DNA of 64,000 nucleotides from an uncultured Chlorobiaceae bacterium (GTDB lineage Bacteria; Bacteroidota; Chlorobiia; Chlorobiales; Chlorobiaceae): positions 68,911 to 132,910 of the forward strand of contig CAZSXF010000003.1 of NCBI GenBank assembly GCA_964611215.1, in the 5' to 3' direction. Made by a program: the position numbers and the translations under genes. The notes beneath the pieces are model-generated. The model saw only the letters and a program-made list of their open reading frames with translations, was not told the origin of the DNA and searched no databases. Positions 58,717 to 64,000 of this stretch are shown here, one piece after another; positions within the stretch are counted from its first letter, which is position 1; every line of letters starts with the position of its first letter.

Positions 58717-59099
58717 AGGGCTCAGCCAGAGGTTTTCGTCCCGAAGGATGGCGTTGTCGTTGTGCCTGTCGGCATCAGTCCGGAATCATCAGGGTTCATT
58801 ATGGTGGTCCGGGGGGAGTATGGTGCCTTTCGGGTATGGTTGTTTTCTCGAAACGGCTGCCAGAGGTAAACGCTGGTTCCGGCAAGCCTGTACCTGCTAT
58901 TTACCAATCATTTACATCAAGTCCAAAAGCTATTGCCGCCGACAGGGACGATCTTGGCCGAAGTCGTGCCGCCGTCGCTTTATCTGCACCATGAAATGCC
59001 GTATATTGAACCCCGGTTTGATTGTACATCCTTTCGGGGTGGCGTACGCGTCTCGCTTCCCGGCAGGCGTCAACAAGAATTTTCAAGCGACAGCACACC

Positions 59100-59849
59100 A
59101 TGAATATCTCTCTCGTTGGCAACGGCCGCATGGGCCGGCAGATTGCCGAAATTGTAGCCCGCACTGGCCAGCATACCATCGTCCGCGTCCTTGATGCGGG
59201 TGACAACATCGACAGCAAGGCCTTTACCGGTTCTGATGTCATTATCGACTTCACCGTTCGGGATGCATTCCTGGTCAATTATCCCGCCATGGTCGCATCC
59301 GGTGTTCCGGTGGTCGTCGGCACGACCGGCCTGGATGACGTGCTTGGCAAGGTGAAGGCGGCCGTAGCCGCCTCAGGCAATTCAATGCTGTATTCGGCCA
59401 ACTACTCCCTCGGGGTCAACATTTTCCTCAGGACGCTCCGCGAGGCCTCGCACCTGATCGCGCCGTTCGAACAGTTCGACATCGCCCTTTGCGAACAGCA
59501 TCATACCGCCAAGGCCGATTTCCCGAGCGGTACCGCCCTGAAGGCGGCCGAAGAGGTGCTGGCCGGCAATCCCCGGAAGAAGAGCATCGTCCGTCAGCTT
59601 GATGATGCCCGACGGTTGCGGCGCGACGAGCTTCAGGTTGCCGCCGTCAGGCTCGGCTCCGTCTTCGGTGTCCACTCGGCCATCATCGATTCGGATGCGG
59701 ATACCATTGAACTTACCCATACGGCCAAGAACCGCAGCGGGTTCGCGTCCGGGGCCATTCATGCGGCGTCCTGGCTGGTGGCACACCATGTGCTGCGTCC
59801 CGGATTCTACACGATGGACGATTTTCTGAACGATCTTTTCGAAGCCTGA
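59100..59849 (+). CDS. dapB: 4-hydroxy-tetrahydrodipicolinate reductase
   Basis: [15 protein letters not shown] (GxGxxG) and [15 protein letters not shown] (E-x-HH-x-K-x-D-x-PSGTA signature). ATG at 59100 preferred. Confidence 0.92.
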   Translation: MNISLVGNGRMGRQIAEIVARTGQHTIVRVLDAGDNIDSKAFTGSDVIIDFTVRDAFLVNYPAMVASGVPVVVGTTGLDDVLGKVKAAVAASGNSMLYSANYSLGVNIFLRTLREASHLIAPFEQFDIALCEQHHTAKADFPSGTALKAAEEVLAGNPRKKSIVRQLDDARRLRRDELQVAAVRLGSVFGVHSAIIDSDADTIELTHTAKNRSGFASGAIHAASWLVAHHVLRPGFYTMDDFLNDLFEA

Positions 59850-59851
59850 TC

Positions 59852-60379
59852 ATGAATGAGTCTCCTGTCGAACGGCGTCCGGGCCGATTTCCCGAGGTCC
59901 TTCTCGGTGCGGTGCTGCTGGTGCTGACCACGTTTGTCCCGGTACTGAACCTGGTGAATTATATCCCGTTGGCGGGTATCGTCCTTTCCGGCGCCCTGGC
60001 GACCTGGGTCTACATTGTCCGCCACCAGATCCGGCTGACCTATCGCGAGTCCTTCATCATCGGTGCGCAGAGCGGGTTTACCGGAGGCGTTCTGCTGCTG
60101 ACCGTGCTCTATGTGCTTTTTGACAGGATTCGAGGCCTGTCAGCCGAACAGTTCCAGCAGCTGCTCACCGACTGGAGCGGGCGCGTGACGCCCGAGAGTG
60201 CGGAGCTGTACCAGCAGGTGATGATTGTCGTTAACGCTCCCATCGAGGTGAAGGTGATATCGTTTCTGGTGAGCATGGTGCTGATCGGCCTGATTTTCGC
60301 CCCGATCGCCGGGCTTGGGGGGCGCCTTGCCGTCTTCCTGCTCAGGTGGCACGCCTCACGGTCTTCAGAGACGCCCTGA
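59852..60379 (+). CDS. hypothetical integral membrane protein
   Basis: 175 aa with 4 hydrophobic segments. It starts 3 nt after the dapB stop. Its 3' end overlaps the convergent menE by 15 nt. Confidence 0.55.
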   Translation: MNESPVERRPGRFPEVLLGAVLLVLTTFVPVLNLVNYIPLAGIVLSGALATWVYIVRHQIRLTYRESFIIGAQSGFTGGVLLLTVLYVLFDRIRGLSAEQFQQLLTDWSGRVTPESAELYQQVMIVVNAPIEVKVISFLVSMVLIGLIFAPIAGLGGRLAVFLLRWHASRSSETP

Positions 60380-61798
60380 GCCGACTTTTGCCGCCGCTTC
60401 GTCGCGATACCATTGCCGGTTGATTTTTGCAGAGCCGGCAATGGTCACCCACTCCCTGACCCGGTAAAACGCCACCGGGGTTTTCAATCGTCCGAGTGCC
60501 TGCCGCAGCCTGGCGGTGATCACTTCATCTGCGGGCGTCTCCTCGTCTGAGACCCTGAGCCATGCGACCGGTCGAGCACCGTATTCCATATCCGGGGTGG
60601 GGACGACCAGCGCCTCCGAGATTCCTTCAATTGCCGCAAGCGCTTTTTCGATCTCTTCAGGGTGGATGTTTTCCCCGCCGGAAATGAACATGTTGTCGAG
60701 TCGGCCGTGTACGGTCAGGCGCCCCTGGCCGTCAAGCGTCCCCGCGTCCCCTGTATGGAACCAGCCTGCTGCGTCCCTGGGATCGTTCAGCCTGCCTGGT
60801 TCAAGATAGCCCATGAAGAGGCAGGGGCCCTTGACGAGGATTTCACCATCGTCGGAAATGATGGCTTCGCGATGGGGAAGGATGTTGCCGCTGTCCGTTA
60901 CCACGCCGGCAAGCGGCGCTGCGGATGTCGAGATCTGCGATCCCATTTCCGTCGAGCCGTAGGTCAGGTAGACCTGCAGTTCAGCGCGCAACGCTTCGGA
61001 AAGCAGCGGCTGGCTGGCCGGGCTTCCTCCGAGCAGGATCGCCCGGAGCTTTTGCATGCATGCCCGGGCGGCAGGCGAGCGGAGCATCCGGTAGAGTTGG
61101 GTCGGCACCAGCGAAAGGTGGGTTATCGGCAAGGTTCCGAGTGCCGTTTCGAGCGACATGCCGGAATCGGGAACCGTTATGGCTCCTCCACCCGTAAGGC
61201 ACTTGAAAATCATCGAATAGCCACCAATATGGTAGAGCGGCAGCGAGAGCAGCCAGGCATCGCCCTGATGGAACGGCAGGTTGACGGCCGAGCCGGTCGC
61301 ATTGTGCCAGTGGTTGCTGAAGGAGTGCAGGGCCGCTTTCGGCTTGCCCGAGCTTGCCGAGGTATGGATGATCGAGACCGGCCGCTCCTGGTCGGTTGCC
61401 GGCGTGATGCTTTGGTTGGCTGCCGGCGTGACGGCCGTGACGAACGTGTCGAGGCCGGTACAGCCTCCGCACGGCGCCGGGCCGGAGTTCGGGTCGAACA
61501 GGGTCAGCTTTGGGCTGAGGCGTTCAAGTACCCCGGCGATGTGGGATGCCGGAAAGCGGTTGTTGACCGGTGCGGCTACCGCACCGATCCGCAGCAGTGC
61601 GATCAGGGTGAGCAGCATCGGTGTGCTGTTCGGGGAGACGATCGCCACGATGTCGCCCTGGCAAATTCCCGATGCCGCCGCAACGCGGGCTATGCGGGCG
61701 GTTTCCTGTTCCAGTGCATCGAAGGAGAACGTCCTGCCGGTACTGTGCAGGGCAGGGGAGCTGCCGAACGATGCCGCTGCCTGGGCTACGAGGTCCAT
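60365..61798 (-). CDS. menE: O-succinylbenzoate-CoA ligase
   Basis: AMP-binding motifs TSASSGKPKA, GYGSTE-like YGSTEMG and TGD. It sits in the men operon. ATG at 61798 gives a 13-nt overlap with menC; the alternative at 61849 gives a 64-nt overlap. Confidence 0.88.
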   Translation of the reverse strand: MDLVAQAAASFGSSPALHSTGRTFSFDALEQETARIARVAAASGICQGDIVAIVSPNSTPMLLTLIALLRIGAVAAPVNNRFPASHIAGVLERLSPKLTLFDPNSGPAPCGGCTGLDTFVTAVTPAANQSITPATDQERPVSIIHTSASSGKPKAALHSFSNHWHNATGSAVNLPFHQGDAWLLSLPLYHIGGYSMIFKCLTGGGAITVPDSGMSLETALGTLPITHLSLVPTQLYRMLRSPAARACMQKLRAILLGGSPASQPLLSEALRAELQVYLTYGSTEMGSQISTSAAPLAGVVTDSGNILPHREAIISDDGEILVKGPCLFMGYLEPGRLNDPRDAAGWFHTGDAGTLDGQGRLTVHGRLDNMFISGGENIHPEEIEKALAAIEGISEALVVPTPDMEYGARPVAWLRVSDEETPADEVITARLRQALGRLKTPVAFYRVREWVTIAGSAKINRQWYRDEAAAKVGSGRL

Positions 61799-62886
61799 GA
61801 GGCGGTGATGGTCAAAAGGTCGTTTCGGATGTCGAGTCCATTGCGCCATGCCCTGAGCGGATCGACGCCGCCACCGGAGACTTCGAACGGGGTTGCGATG
61901 ATGTCTCCCTGGAGGTAGCTGGCGGTGTCCAGGCCGCAGGCCGCAGGTGTCGGCGATGAGATGGCAGCCAGCAGCGCATACATGCCGAGGCTGACACCGG
62001 TTTCAAAGGCTGAGCTGAACACGCCTGCCCAGCCGTTGCGCCTGGCCTCCGCGGCCAGTTCGAGCGATTTCGCAATGCCGCCGATACGGTTGGGCTTGAT
62101 GACCAGCGCGCTGATCGCTGCTTGCGGGAGGTTCCGGAGCAGTTCCGGCTGTTGCCAGAGCGTTTCGTCAAGTGCCACATGCATACCGGTTTCCTGATGG
62201 AATTCGGGGAGCAGTCCGGCGTCCCGCAGTGGTTCTTCGATATAGGCGATGCTGCCTTCGGGGAGCGACCCGGCAAATTCCCGTGCCTCAGGGAGGTCGA
62301 GCGACTGGTTGGCGTCAAGCCGTAGCTCGGCGCGGTCGCCGAATGTCCGGTGGAATGCCCTGATGCTGCTGGTTGCCTCGTCAAGGTGGTCAGGGCGCAC
62401 TTTCAGCTTGAACACTCGGAACCCCTCGTTGAAACGTTGCATTGCCGACTGCAGTGCATATTCCGGGTCGGTGCCTGCCAGCAGGAGGGCGTTGACCGGA
62501 ACCCTGGCCGCCGGTGCGAGGCAGCCGGGGAATGCCACGATGGGGCTTCCGCCTGCGTCGGCTTCGAGGTTGCAGAGCGCCATTTCGAGGCCGGTGGCGA
62601 CGGATGGGGGAAGATTTGCCCCTGCAAGAAGCCGTTTGCGGGATTCGGCGGTATTGCCGCCCATGGAGCTGAGTTCGGGGATGAACGAGCGAAGTGCCTG
62701 TTCGGCGTCATCGATCGTTTCGTCATGCAGCCCGGGGAGGGGTGCGATCTCTCCGATGCCGCGCCCCTCTCTGGTGCTGATGGAAAGGACAAGGCCGTCA
62801 CGCCGGTCGACGCGACGGCCACGGACCGCTACCGGCCCGGTGAACGGGATGGCATACCGGCCGATGTCGGCGCGGATGCTTTTCAC
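61786..62886 (-). CDS. menC: o-succinylbenzoate synthase (enolase superfamily)
   Basis: 366 aa. KLK, the LRLDAN..., IEEP and ALDE metal-ligand pattern. The GTG start overlaps the menB TGA (GTGA). Confidence 0.88.
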   Translation of the reverse strand: MKSIRADIGRYAIPFTGPVAVRGRRVDRRDGLVLSISTREGRGIGEIAPLPGLHDETIDDAEQALRSFIPELSSMGGNTAESRKRLLAGANLPPSVATGLEMALCNLEADAGGSPIVAFPGCLAPAARVPVNALLLAGTDPEYALQSAMQRFNEGFRVFKLKVRPDHLDEATSSIRAFHRTFGDRAELRLDANQSLDLPEAREFAGSLPEGSIAYIEEPLRDAGLLPEFHQETGMHVALDETLWQQPELLRNLPQAAISALVIKPNRIGGIAKSLELAAEARRNGWAGVFSSAFETGVSLGMYALLAAISSPTPAACGLDTASYLQGDIIATPFEVSGGGVDPLRAWRNGLDIRNDLLTITASWTS

Positions 62887-63704
62887 GGCCGTTTAGGAAA
62901 TTTGCCGAAATCCGGTTTGCGCTTCTCGACGAAAGCATTGCGTCCTTCCTGCCCCTCTTCGCTCATGTAGTACAGCAGGGTGGCGTTGCCTGCCAGCTCC
63001 TGCAGACCTGCCTGCCCATCGCAATCGGCGTTCAGCGCGGCTTTCAGGCAGCGTATGGCCATGGGTGAGTTGGCGAGGATCTCTCGGCACCACTGCACGG
63101 TCTCCTCTTCGAGTCGTTCCAGCGGCACGACGGTGTTGACCAGCCCCATGTCGAGGGCCTGACGGGCATCGTACTGGCGGCACAGGTACCAGATCTCACG
63201 GGCTTTTTTCTGGCCGACCAGGCGGGCCATGTAGCTTGCGCCCCAGCCGCCGTCGAATGAACCGACCCTTGGACCGGTCTGGCCGAAACGGGCGTTTTCG
63301 GCTGCGATGGTCAGGTCGCAGATCATGTGCAGGACATGGCCTCCTCCGATGGCGTAGCCTGCCACCATGGCGACGACCGGTTTTGGGCACGTACGGATGT
63401 CCCGCTGGAAATCGAGCACATTGAGCTTGTTGACCCCCGTTGCATCGGCATAGCCGGCATTACCGCGGATTTTCTGGTCGCCGCCCGAGCAGAACGCCAG
63501 GTCCCCGGCACCAGTCAGGATGATGACACCGATTTCCTGGTCGTTACGGGCATCCTGCAATGCATGAATCATTTCGTCAACCGTCTGGGGACGGAATGCG
63601 TTGCGCCGTTCAGGGCGGTTGATGGTGATTTTGGCGATACCTTCAGCCTTGTGGTACAGGATGTCGGTGTAGGTGCCGGCAGTAATCCAGTTGACAGTGC
63701 TCAT
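62883..63704 (-). CDS. menB: 1,4-dihydroxy-2-naphthoyl-CoA synthase
   Basis: 273 aa. Highly canonical crotonase-fold MenB ([32 protein letters not shown]). Confidence 0.97.
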   Translation of the reverse strand: MSTVNWITAGTYTDILYHKAEGIAKITINRPERRNAFRPQTVDEMIHALQDARNDQEIGVIILTGAGDLAFCSGGDQKIRGNAGYADATGVNKLNVLDFQRDIRTCPKPVVAMVAGYAIGGGHVLHMICDLTIAAENARFGQTGPRVGSFDGGWGASYMARLVGQKKAREIWYLCRQYDARQALDMGLVNTVVPLERLEEETVQWCREILANSPMAIRCLKAALNADCDGQAGLQELAGNATLLYYMSEEGQEGRNAFVEKRKPDFGKFPKRP

Positions 63705-63705
63705 T

Positions 63706-64000
63706 TCAGGATGGTTGCTCGTTGATGAAAACGGTCAGGCGGCCGACGAAGCAGTCAGGTTTTTCGACATGCAGGGTATGGCCGCAGCCGGGGAAGATTT
63801 CAAGGGTAGATTCGGGGCACAAATTAACCATTTGGTTGCCAATCGCAACGAATTTGGCGTCTTTTTCGCCGGTGCAGAACAGGATCGGGAGGCGGTTCGC
63901 TGCAAGTTCGTTCCAGAGCGGTGGCTGAACGCCGGTACCGAGGAGGCGCAACGCTGTCGCGGTTGACCGGGGGTCAGCGATCTTCCGCTCCTCGAACCGT
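63706..64000 (-). CDS. menH: 2-succinyl-6-hydroxy-2,4-cyclohexadiene-1-carboxylate synthase (alpha/beta hydrolase); C-terminal part only, gene runs off the right edge
   Basis: My translation shows the frame stays open to the window edge (...[23 protein letters not shown]...). The C-terminal [11 protein letters not shown] carries the catalytic His. The stop is 2 nt before the menB ATG. Confidence 0.75.
   Translation of the reverse strand, partial: RFEERKIADPRSTATALRLLGTGVQPPLWNELAANRLPILFCTGEKDAKFVAIGNQMVNLCPESTLEIFPGCGHTLHVEKPDCFVGRLTVFINEQPS

Noticed and set aside
58717-59099. Lysine (L-box) riboswitch upstream of dapB.
   Set aside because: Only AGAGG... and GCCGAAG words are present. The ACUGUCA and UGGAGxGC elements and the five-helix layout are not evident.
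1-64000. Scan for CRISPR arrays, tRNA/rRNA genes, IS elements, integrases, toxin-antitoxin pairs, restriction-modification genes or other defence genes.
   Set aside because: I saw no regularly spaced repeats, no T-loop (GGTTCGAATCC-like) words, no DDE/tyrosine-recombinase-like ORFs, and no compositional break. The window appears to be conserved core genome.

Overview
This 64-kb window is densely coding and GC-rich (high 50s % by eye). It looks like ordinary core chromosome. I count about 60 protein genes. I saw no rRNA or tRNA genes, no CRISPR array, and no transposase, integrase or phage genes. No compositional island is visible. From memory (no search was run), the gene content and order look like a green sulfur bacterium or other member of the FCB group. 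The pointers are a sulfhydrogenase-type hydBGDA operon, menH-B-C-E, parA-parB-DUF5683-dapB, and a BchE-like B12 radical SAM paralogue. Housekeeping genes present are folK/folB, nadC-acpS, tig, recA, dus, asd, alr, rpsU, aroA, lptB, metH, mnmA, mgtE, mpg, parAB, dapB and menHBCE. Many ORF-track entries are antisense shadow ORFs typical of high-GC DNA. Others carry false N-terminal extensions; where an internal start fits better I give the trimmed coordinates. I did not find a convincing self-contained novel system such as a defence island. The items most worth a second look are listed here. (1) A CBS-domain CysK/CBS homologue whose PLP lysine and two other cofactor/substrate loops are all substituted. 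(2) A group-3b-type [NiFe] hydrogenase operon whose large subunit stops exactly at the DPCxxCxxH histidine and is followed by a DUF169 gene. (3) A tightly packed cluster of B12-radical-SAM, HD phosphohydrolase, YtxH and hydrolase genes. (4) A terC leader with a terminator hairpin and competing repeats. (5) A perfect 17-bp tandem repeat at the nadC promoter. (6) A 577-bp gap upstream of dapB holding an unlisted 43-codon ORF. All functional calls rest on motif recognition by eye, not on database searches.
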